From: Mucilaginibacter sp.
GTDB lineage: Bacteria; Bacteroidota; Bacteroidia; Sphingobacteriales; Sphingobacteriaceae
Assembly: GCA_028287975.1 (NCBI GenBank)
Contig: JAQBOP010000011.1
Coordinates: 649 to 64,648, forward strand
Length of the DNA stretch: 64,000 nucleotides
Direction of reading: 5' to 3'
Under the pieces are notes generated by a model. The model saw nothing but the letters and a program-made list of their open reading frames with translations, had not been told where the DNA came from and did no database searches. Positions 8,550 through 19,269 of this stretch are shown here, one piece after another. The number at the start of each line of letters is the position of its first letter. The stretch's first letter is position 1. The translations under genes were made by a program, and so were the position numbers.

Positions 8550-9794
8550 TTATTTCTTGTAAACGATCTTAAAAATAGCACCCTTAACATCATCGGCTAT
8601 ATATAAAGCGCCATCCGGCCCCTGAGCCAAACCTATAGGGCGATATTTGATAGGGCCGCTTGGGTGTTCAAGATCTGTACCCGCAAAGTTATCTGCAAAA
8701 ACTTCCCATTCGCCGGCTACCTTACCATTTACAAATGGTATAAATGCCACGAAATATCCTTTTTTTGGCGAAGCCGATTGGCCATGCAGCACAACAAATG
8801 CCCCGTTCTTATAACGCTTAGGGAACATGTTGCCGGTGTAAAATAACAAGTCGTTAGGTGCCAGGTGGGCCGGGAAAGCTACTGCCGGATCGGCATACTT
8901 ATCAGTGGTTGTTTTACCATCGCCGCCATATTCGGGCGCCAGCATTTTCTTTTTCTGGATCTGATCGTAGTAAGCAAATGGCCATCCCGCGTCTGTTCCT
9001 TCGTGCAGCTCATATACTGTCTCTGCAGGCAGCTCAGCGCTTTGTTTTGGCGTATAATATTGCGGGAATTTATCGTCGAAACTGCCGCGGCCATGATGGG
9101 TAGCAAATACCGTTTTGGTTACAGGATTTATGTCAATGCCTACCGCGTTTTTTATGCCTTTGGCGTAGTGGATCCCGTCACTTAAGGTTTGGTTAAGTTT
9201 GTTTGCTTTAAATTTCCAGATCCCGGCGGCCGAATCCAATATCGGACAGCCCGGAATGCCCTGGCCCGATCCCGCCTGGCGGCAAGCGTCAGACCATGAG
9301 CCGATGGTTACAAACAAATTGCCCTGATCATCCAGCACCATCGATTTTGAATTATCATGCACCTTGTCTGCCAAACCCTGCACAATTACTTCGGGGCTAT
9401 CCGCGTCAATTATATCATCCTTACTATTTAATTTATACCTGAAGATCCCGGTGTTTGACGCAGAATATAAATAATGATCCTTTATTTTGATACCAGTGCC
9501 GGGATAATTGGCAAATGCCAGTTTTTTATCCAGCCGGCCATCGTGGTTGGTGTCACTCAAAAAGTAGATCCCTTTGCCTTTTCTTAAAGCATTTAGCTTT
9601 ATATATACATCGCCGTTACCGGTAACAGCAAGGTGCCTAACCGGGCCAAGCGAGTCGGCAACTATGGTTGCAGAAAATCCTGTCGGAAGCTTTAGATCGG
9701 CCTTGCGATCTGTAAAACGTTTGTTAGCGATAAAACCGGCAAGGCTTAACACTGCTGCAACAAAGCCGGTTGTCAAAAGAACTTTTTTATTCAT
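8550..9794 (-). CDS. PQQ-dependent glucose/sorbosone dehydrogenase family beta-propeller
   Basis: GIKNAVG, DAGWPFAYYD, FPAHLAP, FYTGNMFPKRYKNGAFV, RPIGLAQGPDGALYIADD. Confidence 0.85.
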   Translation of the reverse strand: MNKKVLLTTGFVAAVLSLAGFIANKRFTDRKADLKLPTGFSATIVADSLGPVRHLAVTGNGDVYIKLNALRKGKGIYFLSDTNHDGRLDKKLAFANYPGTGIKIKDHYLYSASNTGIFRYKLNSKDDIIDADSPEVIVQGLADKVHDNSKSMVLDDQGNLFVTIGSWSDACRQAGSGQGIPGCPILDSAAGIWKFKANKLNQTLSDGIHYAKGIKNAVGIDINPVTKTVFATHHGRGSFDDKFPQYYTPKQSAELPAETVYELHEGTDAGWPFAYYDQIQKKKMLAPEYGGDGKTTTDKYADPAVAFPAHLAPNDLLFYTGNMFPKRYKNGAFVVLHGQSASPKKGYFVAFIPFVNGKVAGEWEVFADNFAGTDLEHPSGPIKYRPIGLAQGPDGALYIADDVKGAIFKIVYKK

Positions 9795-9906
9795 CTGATT
9801 CAGAGATAATTGTGATTTAATTTATGTGTAAATTGGTGTAGACAAGATACACATAAACTATAATCGCCCAATTATCTATCTGAATCGTTACCTTCTGTTC
9901 AATCGC

Positions 9907-12357
9907 CTATTTCTTAAATCTTAAAATGGTGTATGAATTAGCCGGAAAACTGTATTCAAAAGTTTTGCCGGTAAGTGGCATCGTAGTTTCTTTCGTGGCA
10001 ATGCGCTCCGGGCTTTGCGGCATGTTTTCGGCTTTCGGATCACCGGACAAAGTAGCGATCTTTACAGGAGAATTACTTGTAAATCCTCCCAGATCAACCG
10101 ATGTTTTAGTTGCTGTTGATTTTGTATTTACGATGTGTAGTACCAACTCATCCCCATTTTCGCTGCGGGTGGCGGTTACATCAAGGTCGCCTTCTACGCT
10201 GTCAAATATGCGCAACGGTTCGTGGTTCTTAGCAGCCATTTGGGTGGCGTAAAACGGCGGCATACCCCATACCTGCGATGGGGTATAAAAGATCTGCCCC
10301 TGGTCCCAGTCGTTATCATTCTGGCCCAAAGCCTGCAAGCCATTCGCCGCGCACGAGGTCAGCACGAAATCGCCATGACGGCGAACGGCATTCATGGTAG
10401 TGGCATGACCCAAAGCGCGCTGCATGTTATGCAGGCCGCCGTTCTCTTCAAAAATGGTGATCTTAAGTTTGGTATTTGGGTCCCATTTTAAAAACATATC
10501 ACGCATGTACTGCAAGTTTTTGTCGACTATTTTACCGGCGTTGGCTTCATCATCATCGATATGCAGGTCCCAGTAATCGGCTTTGCCATTAACTGCCCTG
10601 AATACCATTTCCATATTTTCTACAGATTTTGGTCGCCACCATGCCGCGCAGATCACTTTTATATCCGGATTTTTAGCATGTATCGCATCATATAACATGT
10701 TAAAACGCTCGGCATATTGTTTGTAATCATTTGTCAGGTCATCCCAGATCACCTCTTCATTACCTAACTCAATATAATGTAATTTATAAGGTGCGGGGTG
10801 TCCGTTTGTTGCACGCTTTTTACCCCAGGTAGTGGTGGCACTGCCGGTAAGGTATTCAACCATATTGCTAACATCTTCAGGCGTTTCTTCAACGTTTATG
10901 GCAAATGCCGGCTCAAAGCCCGCGGCGTTGCAATAAGCAACAAACTCTTCAATGCCGAACCCATTGCTGGTGTACGGGTGCCAATGTCCTTCGTACGGTG
11001 GCCGTTTGTCGGCACTGCCGATCATGTTTTTCCATTTGTAGTCGGGCGCGTTCACCATGGTGCCGCCATAACGTACAAAGTTTAATCCTTCCTGCTGCAT
11101 TTTGGTAGCAATATCCGCACGGATAGGCAGGCCTTTAAACTGATCTTTCCCGGTGCTCATCAGTACGGCCTGGTCCATTTCTAATTTGCCCTTTTTCTCA
11201 ATATAAATAGCAAAACGTGCTTTAGTATCCGTCGCATTTGCGGTAAGTGTGAAAGAAAATTTGGTCCACTTTTCAGGTATGCCGTTAGACCTAATGAAGG
11301 CATAAGTTTTGCTGCCATCTGCACTTTGTAATGCCACAGTAACCGGCAGATCGATCTGGCTTGTCTTCAGAAATACATAACCCTGTAGTTTTTGCCCCTT
11401 CCTTAAGGAGATGCCCCAGCGGCCAAGTCCGCTGTTAGCTACACCCAATTTGCCCGTGCCGCTTGTATATTCTAATACCTGCGACTGTTTACCGTTGTAA
11501 GCACCAGCATCATTTAGCAGAAATTTACCCTTAACAGAGGTAGCTTTAATTGCATCCCACATACCGCTTACAGCCGGCATTTCTTTGCCTATAAATTCGT
11601 TTTTGATGACTGTATTGTTTTGTTTGATCACCACATCCTTAAACTTCACATCCGCATGAAAAGTGCGCAGACCTATCTTTCCGGCTAATAAGGGCTTGCT
11701 CTCGTCCGTATAATCAATTGTGGGTGTAGTGCTGTTATCGAGGTAGATCAAGATTTGAGCACCTTTAACCTCAACCTTTAAATGCAGCCAGGCATCTTTA
11801 TCAAAAGTTGCTTTAGCTTCTTTCAGCAGTTTAAAATTATGGACATGTTTGCCTAAAACCAATGTTTGCCGACCGGGGGCTATACTTATTTCGTAGCCAT
11901 CAAAATCATCCATTCCTTCCTGCTCGTTATTTACGCGGACAATAAATCCGGCGTTTTGAGCATCCTTGCTAAATTTCAAGTCGGCTTCTATGCTGCCATC
12001 TTTTACTGCCGGATTTTCCCGGATTAATTTATAGCCCGGACCCGGGTTTACAGATACGGCCCCATCGGCAACTTTCCAATTGCCTTGCAGGGTTTTCCAG
12101 CCTATTACCTTGTCAGCCGGTGCCGGCTCTTCAAAGCTCTCGCCATATAAACGCTGGTCATACAGTCCGCCATAGATCTCGTGGTTCACATCCTCAATAC
12201 ATGAGCCGTACATTTTTGCAGGGATCTTATTTATCACCCGCGATGCATCAACAACGATATGCGCGTTTTGAGCTAATGCGGTTAACGAAAAAAAAGTAAT
12301 TGAACAGGCAATGGCCCATCTTTTTGCGGCCTGGTTTGAGTTATTGAATCCGATCAT
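9907..12357 (-). CDS. GH51-like alpha-L-arabinofuranosidase with inserted DUF1080/LamG-like beta-sandwich
   Basis: Signal peptide, EDVNHEIYGGLY, RYGG, FGIEEF, ELGNEE (acid/base), IFEEN, C-terminal FPANSYTILR. Confidence 0.8.
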   Translation of the reverse strand: MIGFNNSNQAAKRWAIACSITFFSLTALAQNAHIVVDASRVINKIPAKMYGSCIEDVNHEIYGGLYDQRLYGESFEEPAPADKVIGWKTLQGNWKVADGAVSVNPGPGYKLIRENPAVKDGSIEADLKFSKDAQNAGFIVRVNNEQEGMDDFDGYEISIAPGRQTLVLGKHVHNFKLLKEAKATFDKDAWLHLKVEVKGAQILIYLDNSTTPTIDYTDESKPLLAGKIGLRTFHADVKFKDVVIKQNNTVIKNEFIGKEMPAVSGMWDAIKATSVKGKFLLNDAGAYNGKQSQVLEYTSGTGKLGVANSGLGRWGISLRKGQKLQGYVFLKTSQIDLPVTVALQSADGSKTYAFIRSNGIPEKWTKFSFTLTANATDTKARFAIYIEKKGKLEMDQAVLMSTGKDQFKGLPIRADIATKMQQEGLNFVRYGGTMVNAPDYKWKNMIGSADKRPPYEGHWHPYTSNGFGIEEFVAYCNAAGFEPAFAINVEETPEDVSNMVEYLTGSATTTWGKKRATNGHPAPYKLHYIELGNEEVIWDDLTNDYKQYAERFNMLYDAIHAKNPDIKVICAAWWRPKSVENMEMVFRAVNGKADYWDLHIDDDEANAGKIVDKNLQYMRDMFLKWDPNTKLKITIFEENGGLHNMQRALGHATTMNAVRRHGDFVLTSCAANGLQALGQNDNDWDQGQIFYTPSQVWGMPPFYATQMAAKNHEPLRIFDSVEGDLDVTATRSENGDELVLHIVNTKSTATKTSVDLGGFTSNSPVKIATLSGDPKAENMPQSPERIATKETTMPLTGKTFEYSFPANSYTILRFKK

Positions 12358-12627
12358 AAATTGGTTACCCGTAAGGGGGTTAGTTTAATTTTTGCAAAAA
12401 TCAGGTATTCCAACAGGTACTGGTTGAACGCAATTGATATTTTTTAATTCAAATTTGACTAATGTAGCATTATTTGCCTTCCTAAGTTATCAAACCCGTG
12501 CAAGAAACGGCCAAAATTGTTCAAAAAGCAGTTATATTTAAATTGGATATTGCACGTTGATAAATTGGGTACAAATCACCTGTATCCGGGTATCAGTATA
12601 TTAAATTTTAACTAACCAGTTATACAA

Positions 12628-14682
12628 ATGATATTTTTTAAAAGGCAATACATCGCCGTTTTATGTCCATTAGTTCTTTTTGTTTTTCAAGCCTCGGCCC
12701 AATCTGTCGCGCCGCCACATCCCATTCATCCGCTTGAATTGCAGGATGTGCGGGTTAACGATTCTTTTTGGAGCCCTAAGCTAAAAGTATGGAACACCGT
12801 TACCATATACGATGTATTTGACAAACTGGAAGGAAAGTATGTGCCAGATCGCCCGGATATCATTGCCGAAAAGGAGAAGTTGGGCAAGACACGTAACGCG
12901 TTTTTAAACTTCGACCTGGTGGCACAAGGCAAAAAGAATATCAACACACATGACGGGCCGCCCTGGTACGACGGGTTAGTTTATGAAACTATAAGAGGCG
13001 CGGCCGATCTGCTTGCCGAATACCCCGACCCAAAACTTGAGAAAAAGATCGACGCTTATATTGACCGGATAGCAGCCGCGCAGGCTGTCGACCCTGATGG
13101 TTATATTAATACCTACACTACACTGACCAGGCCCAAAAACCAACGCTGGGGCATGAATGGAGGCGATGATAAATGGCAGCATGATGTTTACAATGCCGGC
13201 ATGTTGATAGACGCTGCTGTTCATTATTACAAGGCGACGGGTAAAACCAAGCTATTGGCAGTAGCTGTAAAATTCAGCAATTACATTTATACCGTTATGG
13301 GGCCAACGCCTAAGAGCAATGTTATACCCGGCCACGGCGGCCCCGAGGAAGCCATGTTGCGCATGTACCAGCTGTTTAAAGAGCACCCTGAACTTAAAAC
13401 TAAAATAGATGTGCCTGTGCATAACGACGAATATTTTGCCATGACAAAATACTGGATAGAGCAAAGAGGTAATTACGGAGAGAAAGATGGCAGTCATGCC
13501 CGCAAGAGCGATGATTCTTATAACCAGGACCACATGCCGGTATTACAGCAAAAAACTATTGAAGGCCACGCCGTAAGGGCAACCTTGCTGGCAACAGGTG
13601 TTACGGCAACCGCTTTAGAGACAAACGATCAGCAATACATTCAAACCGCGAACAACTATTGGAATAACATGGTTGGCAAACGCATGTTCATTACCGGCGG
13701 CGAAGGCGCTATAGCTGATGGTGAGCGTTTTGGCGCGGATTACTTTTTACCTGAATCAGCTTATTTGGAAACCTGCGCTTCTATAGGCTCGGCATTCTTT
13801 AGCGAGCAGATGAACGAGCTGGAAGCCGATGGTAAATACATAGACGAGTTTGAAAGGGTGGTTTATAATAATTTACTGTCGGGCGTATCGCTTAGCGGCG
13901 ATCATTATTTTTATGAGAACCCGCTTATTGCTACAGATCATAAACGCTGGGCCTGGCATGATTGCCCTTGCTGCCCGCCAATGATCTTGAAAATGGTGGC
14001 CGCTCTGCCGCAATATATTTATGGTTATGATGATAAATCATTGTACGTAAACCTTTTTATAGGCAGCGAAGCGGATCTGAAATTGAATGGATCAGGTATT
14101 ATGCTGAAACAAACCACAGGTTATCCATGGAAGGGTGATACGAGGATCGAGGTAAATCCTAAGAAACCGCAAACATTTGCCGTTAACATCCGGATACCGG
14201 GTTGGGCTGAAGGTAAGGAGAACCCGTTTGATCTTTATCGCTCAAAAACAAGCGGAGCTGTAATATTAAAAGTGAACGGCAAAGTCGTTCCTGTTGAAAC
14301 CGTTAAAGGATACGTGTCTGTTAAGCGTCAATGGAAAAAAGGCGATGTGATTGAACTTACCTTACCTATCGAGCCAAGATTGGTAGCCGTTAACGACGCA
14401 GTGCAAACCATTAAAGGTAAGCTGGCCATTGCATCAGGGCCGATAGTTTATGGGTTTGAAGCCATTGACAATCCGGATCTTAAAAACTACAGCATTAAAG
14501 ATAATGATGCCATGACGCTTGAATACCAATCTAACCTGTTAAACGGCGTAAATGTAATTACTGGCCAGGCAACCAATAGCTCGGGCGCAAGCGTGAAATT
14601 TACTGCTATACCATTTTATGCGTTGGGTAACCGGGTATCAGGCGCGCCTTACCAGGTTTGGATGCCCGAAAAAGCCAACTGA
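12628..14682 (+). CDS. GH127 beta-L-arabinofuranosidase
   Basis: EGHAVRA, GERFG, YLETCAS, YFYENPL, CPCCPP (Zn/Cys nucleophile), RIPGW, IPFYA. Confidence 0.9.
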   Translation: MIFFKRQYIAVLCPLVLFVFQASAQSVAPPHPIHPLELQDVRVNDSFWSPKLKVWNTVTIYDVFDKLEGKYVPDRPDIIAEKEKLGKTRNAFLNFDLVAQGKKNINTHDGPPWYDGLVYETIRGAADLLAEYPDPKLEKKIDAYIDRIAAAQAVDPDGYINTYTTLTRPKNQRWGMNGGDDKWQHDVYNAGMLIDAAVHYYKATGKTKLLAVAVKFSNYIYTVMGPTPKSNVIPGHGGPEEAMLRMYQLFKEHPELKTKIDVPVHNDEYFAMTKYWIEQRGNYGEKDGSHARKSDDSYNQDHMPVLQQKTIEGHAVRATLLATGVTATALETNDQQYIQTANNYWNNMVGKRMFITGGEGAIADGERFGADYFLPESAYLETCASIGSAFFSEQMNELEADGKYIDEFERVVYNNLLSGVSLSGDHYFYENPLIATDHKRWAWHDCPCCPPMILKMVAALPQYIYGYDDKSLYVNLFIGSEADLKLNGSGIMLKQTTGYPWKGDTRIEVNPKKPQTFAVNIRIPGWAEGKENPFDLYRSKTSGAVILKVNGKVVPVETVKGYVSVKRQWKKGDVIELTLPIEPRLVAVNDAVQTIKGKLAIASGPIVYGFEAIDNPDLKNYSIKDNDAMTLEYQSNLLNGVNVITGQATNSSGASVKFTAIPFYALGNRVSGAPYQVWMPEKAN

Positions 14683-14755
14683 TATAAATAGCTCGAACTT
14701 TCAAATTAATTAGTAGTTTTAATTCTCACAAACACGAGCTGTTAAGCACTGCGTT

Positions 14756-15619
14756 ATGAGGATTTTTCGTGAGAATATTGTAAGCCCTGAAAACCTTTTT
14801 GTTGTAAAGGAAGAACGTTTTAAATATAACGACTTCCCGTTTCATGCCCATGCCGAGTACGAGATCATTTTGATTTTGGAAGGCACGGGCCAGCGGATAG
14901 TAGGCGACAGTATTACCGAATTTTCGACTGTGGACCTTTGCATGTTCGGCGCTAACCTGCCCCATACATTTTACACCCGGGGGCTCAGCAAAAACGAAGC
15001 GATAAAACAGGTAGTTATCCAGTTTAATGAGAGTTTTTTAGGTGTTGGTTTTTTTGACAGGAAACCGTTTAAAGCCATTAAAGACTTGCTGCAGCGCTCA
15101 TCGCAAGGCATTGTATTCAACGAAGAAACCAAAGCTGCTTTAACACAAAAAATAACCGCGCTGGTAAATAAAAACGCCACAGAAACGGTTATAGAGCTGC
15201 TTAATATTTTGCACCTGCTATCGCAATCTACTGATTACTCGTTATTGTCAAGCCCCGGATTTTTGCATGACCTGAACTTTGAAGAATCCTCAAGGATGAG
15301 CAAGGTTTATGACTATATCCTTGAAAACTTTAAAAGGGACCTTTCGCTTGATGAGGTAGCGTCGGTGGCTTATTTATCGCCGTCGGCATTTTGCCGGTAC
15401 TTTAAAAAGTTTACCCGCAAAACCCTGTCAGAATTTTTGATAGACCTGCGGATAGGTTATGCCTGCAAGCTGTTGCAAAATAACAATATGGGCATCTCGC
15501 AGATCAGCCTGGACTCTGGCTTTAATAATGTATCCTATTTTAACCGGAAATTCAAAGCCGTAAAAGGTGAAACCCCGATGGAGTACCAAAAACACTTCAT
15601 GATAAAAAGGGCTAATTAA
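14756..15619 (+). CDS. AraC family regulator (cupin + HTH)
   Basis: FHAHAEYE, GANLPH, FCRYFKK, SGFNNVSYFNRKFK. Confidence 0.92.
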   Translation: MRIFRENIVSPENLFVVKEERFKYNDFPFHAHAEYEIILILEGTGQRIVGDSITEFSTVDLCMFGANLPHTFYTRGLSKNEAIKQVVIQFNESFLGVGFFDRKPFKAIKDLLQRSSQGIVFNEETKAALTQKITALVNKNATETVIELLNILHLLSQSTDYSLLSSPGFLHDLNFEESSRMSKVYDYILENFKRDLSLDEVASVAYLSPSAFCRYFKKFTRKTLSEFLIDLRIGYACKLLQNNNMGISQISLDSGFNNVSYFNRKFKAVKGETPMEYQKHFMIKRAN

Positions 15620-15623
15620 CCTG

Positions 15624-16355
15624 CTATTTATCTTCCAGCCTTTTTATGATGTATGGAGCAATGATCTGCTTTGAACCCTCAACGCCGGGATGGATACCGT
15701 CAGGCACAGCTTTCATATAAGCGTCCTTGCCTTTGTCAAGCAATTCTTTCCAGTGCGGGTAATGGTCGATCAATAAAAGTTTTCGGGCTCTGGCAACCTC
15801 ACGGTACATCTGGTAATAGGCTAAAATATTGGGGCGCGTTTGCCCATGTTCATTTAAAGGGATATTCATGGTCTGCAATATCACTTCGCAATCAGGATTA
15901 TAAAGTTTGATCCGGTCGATCATGTAATTTAAGTTGAGCCTGGCTACGTCGACATTGGTTTTGTAATCTGAAAACGCGTCATTCATGGCAAACTCAATCA
16001 ACACAGCATCGGGTGCTTTTTTGATCACGCTATCCTCCAGATGCTGCACACCCCAGGTAGACCACATCCCGCTTTTGGCAGCGTTTAATGTGGTTAGCAG
16101 CCCATTATATTTCCTATTTAAGGCCTTGTTAACAGAATCAACCCAGGCACGGCCACCTTCGGCTGCGGTGAGGCTTGTACCATAAGTTACCAATGTTTGA
16201 TGCTTACCTGTGGCCAGGTTTTTAATCAATTTTGATTGCGCAAAAGATGCATTAAAGGCTAAGAAGGCACAAGCAAAAAGCGCGGTTTTAAAAAGATAGT
16301 TTCTCACAAGCGTATAATTAATGGTTATTACAAATATGAAAAACCTTTTGATCAA
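15624..16355 (-). CDS. SGNH/GDSL hydrolase (esterase)
   Basis: YGTSLT, KSG, EFAMND, DGIHP; start position uncertain. Confidence 0.85.
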   Translation of the reverse strand: MIKRFFIFVITINYTLVRNYLFKTALFACAFLAFNASFAQSKLIKNLATGKHQTLVTYGTSLTAAEGGRAWVDSVNKALNRKYNGLLTTLNAAKSGMWSTWGVQHLEDSVIKKAPDAVLIEFAMNDAFSDYKTNVDVARLNLNYMIDRIKLYNPDCEVILQTMNIPLNEHGQTRPNILAYYQMYREVARARKLLLIDHYPHWKELLDKGKDAYMKAVPDGIHPGVEGSKQIIAPYIIKRLEDK

Positions 16356-16356
16356 T

Positions 16357-17685
16357 TTAAGCTACAACAGGTACATAAACAGTGTATCCGCGCGGCGGCG
16401 CCCAAAAATCGGCCCAGCCGTAAACATTGGTTTGCTTGCTTTCGGGCATGGCGGTATCTGTGTTGCTCCACCATGCAACAGGCGAAAGTTTTTGGTTTTT
16501 CCATTGCGTTTTAACCCAGGTACCATTCCAACTGGTACCGTTATTTAAAACGTAGATAAGCCCCGGCTGTTCGCCCCATCCGCCACGCTGAATGATGTAC
16601 AAATTATCGTCAGCATGCAAAATAGTAGTATTGCCGGCTGCATACTTTTCATGGGCCTTTATCAGCGCGGTTATCCCGTTAGGTGTTCCTTCAAGCGCCA
16701 GGTTCCAGTTAAAATAATCCTGCCAGAAAACACAGGGATAACCCTCATGTGTCAGGATATAAGAATACGCCAGCATTTTATCATTGATTATCGCGTCGCC
16801 CCGCACAACATCGTGGTTCTCGACAAAAGTAACCGCCGTGCCTGCAAAGCCGTCAGTTAATAACGTGCCGCGTTCTGTCAAAGTTTTTAAGCTGAAGTTA
16901 GGGTCCATGCATAGATCTTTTAACCTGTAACGCAGCGGGAAATCAAATGCGTTGATAGGGTTATCGTTCCAGGTATTTACTTCGGCAAGCCAGTCGTAAA
17001 TATTTCGGTCGCTATCCCAGCATTCACCCACACCAAACGGATTAAATTCGGTATCGCCCCTTAAACTCCTCATCTCTTGTATAGCCCGTACCATCCATGC
17101 ACCATAACCTTTTACAAAGTCGTATCTAAATCCATCCACGCCAACGTCTTCCAACAGCCAGCGGGCATATTCTAAAAAAGCGGTATAAACATCCGGGTTG
17201 CGGTGGCAAAGGTCGGGCATGTCACTAAACGCGCTTTCGTCCATGGTTTCATACCGGCACGGATGAAAGCATTCCCAGTTTCTTGGAAACTTACCGCTTG
17301 CCGGGTTAAACTTGGTTTTGCGCAAAACATTATCCATCTGGTTCATTTCAAGCTCGCCGCCATCATTATGGTTTAGCACCACGTCAACGTATACATCAAT
17401 TTTATTTTGATGCGCATTTGCTATCAAAGCCTTTAACTCAACCTCGTTTCCGAACCATGTTTTTACACCGCCGTTCTGGTCAAAATCGCCCAGGTCGTAA
17501 TAATCAAAAGGGTTGTATCCCATAGATGTTTGCTGGGCAGCCTTGCCGATAGGGGGCAGCCATAAAGCCGTAAATCCGGCATCGCTTAAGGAGGAGGTTT
17601 TATCCTTCAGGAAATTCCACCACTCAAATTCCCGGTTTTCAGCTTTAGGACAATCCCAATAAAACGCCTGCAAAATAACACCCAT
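16357..17685 (-). CDS. Cytoplasmic alpha-amylase, GH13 (GH13_7-like)
   Basis: GVILQAFYWD, DVVLNH, DGFRYDFVKG, VGECW, FVENHD; no signal peptide. Confidence 0.88.
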   Translation of the reverse strand: MGVILQAFYWDCPKAENREFEWWNFLKDKTSSLSDAGFTALWLPPIGKAAQQTSMGYNPFDYYDLGDFDQNGGVKTWFGNEVELKALIANAHQNKIDVYVDVVLNHNDGGELEMNQMDNVLRKTKFNPASGKFPRNWECFHPCRYETMDESAFSDMPDLCHRNPDVYTAFLEYARWLLEDVGVDGFRYDFVKGYGAWMVRAIQEMRSLRGDTEFNPFGVGECWDSDRNIYDWLAEVNTWNDNPINAFDFPLRYRLKDLCMDPNFSLKTLTERGTLLTDGFAGTAVTFVENHDVVRGDAIINDKMLAYSYILTHEGYPCVFWQDYFNWNLALEGTPNGITALIKAHEKYAAGNTTILHADDNLYIIQRGGWGEQPGLIYVLNNGTSWNGTWVKTQWKNQKLSPVAWWSNTDTAMPESKQTNVYGWADFWAPPRGYTVYVPVVA

Positions 17686-17758
17686 AGGTAAAATATTTAT
17701 GTGATAATTATAGATAAAATAAACTTGTATTTACCGGTGCTAACCTATAAATTTCGTA

Positions 17759-19111
17759 ATGAATAATAACAGATTAACGGCATTAATTTACATCTGGTAT
17801 TTGATCTTCTTTTGCTCTTCAAGTTATGCGCAAGTACATGCACCAATAGCCGCTGATCTAACCATCAGAAAGAACCTATCTGACGACCAACTGCTCGACC
17901 TGGTGCAGAAACAAACCTTCAGGTATTTTTGGGATTTTGCCCACCCCACAAGCGGCATGGCGCGAGAGCGTAATACTACAACCAAAAACTTTGGCGGCAA
18001 TATAGTAACAACCAGTGGCACAGGCTTTGGTATCATGGCCACCATCGTGGCCGCCAACCGTAAGTTTATACCACGAAAAGAGGCGGCGATGCATATGCTG
18101 AAGATCATTGATTTTCTGTTAAAGGCCGATCGGTTTCACGGCGCTTATCCGCATTGGTTAAATGGCGAAACTGGTAAGGTGATCCCTTTCAGCAAGAAAG
18201 ATGACGGTGCCGATATTGTAGAAACGTCTTATTTATTCCAAGGCCTGTTAACCGCGCAGCAATATTATACTGCGAATAATCCTGTCGAAAAAGACATCCG
18301 CTCAAAAATCAAACAACTATGGGGTGGCGTGGAATGGGATTGGTTCACCCAAAACAAAAATGTGTTGTACTGGCATTGGAGCCCTGATTATAACTGGGAC
18401 ATGAATATGCCCATAAAAGGATGGAACGAATGCCTCATTACTTATATAATGGCCGCGTCTTCGCCGACTCATGCCATCAACAAAGCGGTTTATACGGAAG
18501 GATGGACGAGCGGGAATACCTTCGTCAACGGTAAAACTTATTATGGTAAATATACTTTGCCATTGGGCCCGGATTATGGCGGCCCGTTGTTCTGGAGCCA
18601 GTATTCGTTTTTAGGATTAAATCCGCACGGGTTGAAAGATCAATATGCCGATTATTGGCAGCAGGCCATCAATCATACTTTAATTAACCGTGAGTATTGC
18701 ATTGAGAACCCGCTAAAGTATAAAGGCTACGGCGCCAATTGCTGGGGCTTAACCGCAAGTGATAGCTGGCAAGGTTATTCGGGATACTCGCCCTCCAATG
18801 ATCTTGGGGTGATTGCACCTACGGCCGCCTTATCTGCATTTCCTTACGCGCCGCAATATGCCATGCAGGTTTTACGGCATTTTTATGAGGATCTGGGCGA
18901 TAAGATCTGGGGCGAGTACGGCTTTACAGACGCGTTTAGCGAGCAACATGACTGGTATGCGAAAACCTACCTCGCCATAGACCAGGGACCGATAATTGTA
19001 ATGATAGAAAATTACCGGACCGGTTTGCTTTGGAAGCTTTTTATGAGTAATCCCGACGTAAAAAACGGGCTAAATAAGCTGGGGTTTAGCGCACCGGGAT
19101 TACATCCTTAA
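17759..19111 (+). CDS. GH144 (glucoamylase-family/DUF3131) probable endo-beta-1,2-glucanase
   Basis: QTFRYFWDFAHPTSGMARER, DGADIVET, GWNECLITY, WGLTASD, YLAIDQGPI. Confidence 0.85.
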   Translation: MNNNRLTALIYIWYLIFFCSSSYAQVHAPIAADLTIRKNLSDDQLLDLVQKQTFRYFWDFAHPTSGMARERNTTTKNFGGNIVTTSGTGFGIMATIVAANRKFIPRKEAAMHMLKIIDFLLKADRFHGAYPHWLNGETGKVIPFSKKDDGADIVETSYLFQGLLTAQQYYTANNPVEKDIRSKIKQLWGGVEWDWFTQNKNVLYWHWSPDYNWDMNMPIKGWNECLITYIMAASSPTHAINKAVYTEGWTSGNTFVNGKTYYGKYTLPLGPDYGGPLFWSQYSFLGLNPHGLKDQYADYWQQAINHTLINREYCIENPLKYKGYGANCWGLTASDSWQGYSGYSPSNDLGVIAPTAALSAFPYAPQYAMQVLRHFYEDLGDKIWGEYGFTDAFSEQHDWYAKTYLAIDQGPIIVMIENYRTGLLWKLFMSNPDVKNGLNKLGFSAPGLHP

Positions 19112-19269
19112 TGCGCTCTGTAAAAAACCTGTCGCAAATAATCAGCAGCTAAAAAAGTTGTTAACTTGCCTGCTGATAATAACACTATAAACCACCTGAT
19201 TACTATATTTAGATTACCATTTACTGCGCTGATAAGGCCTTGTAAACAGCTATCACCAATTAAAACTAT

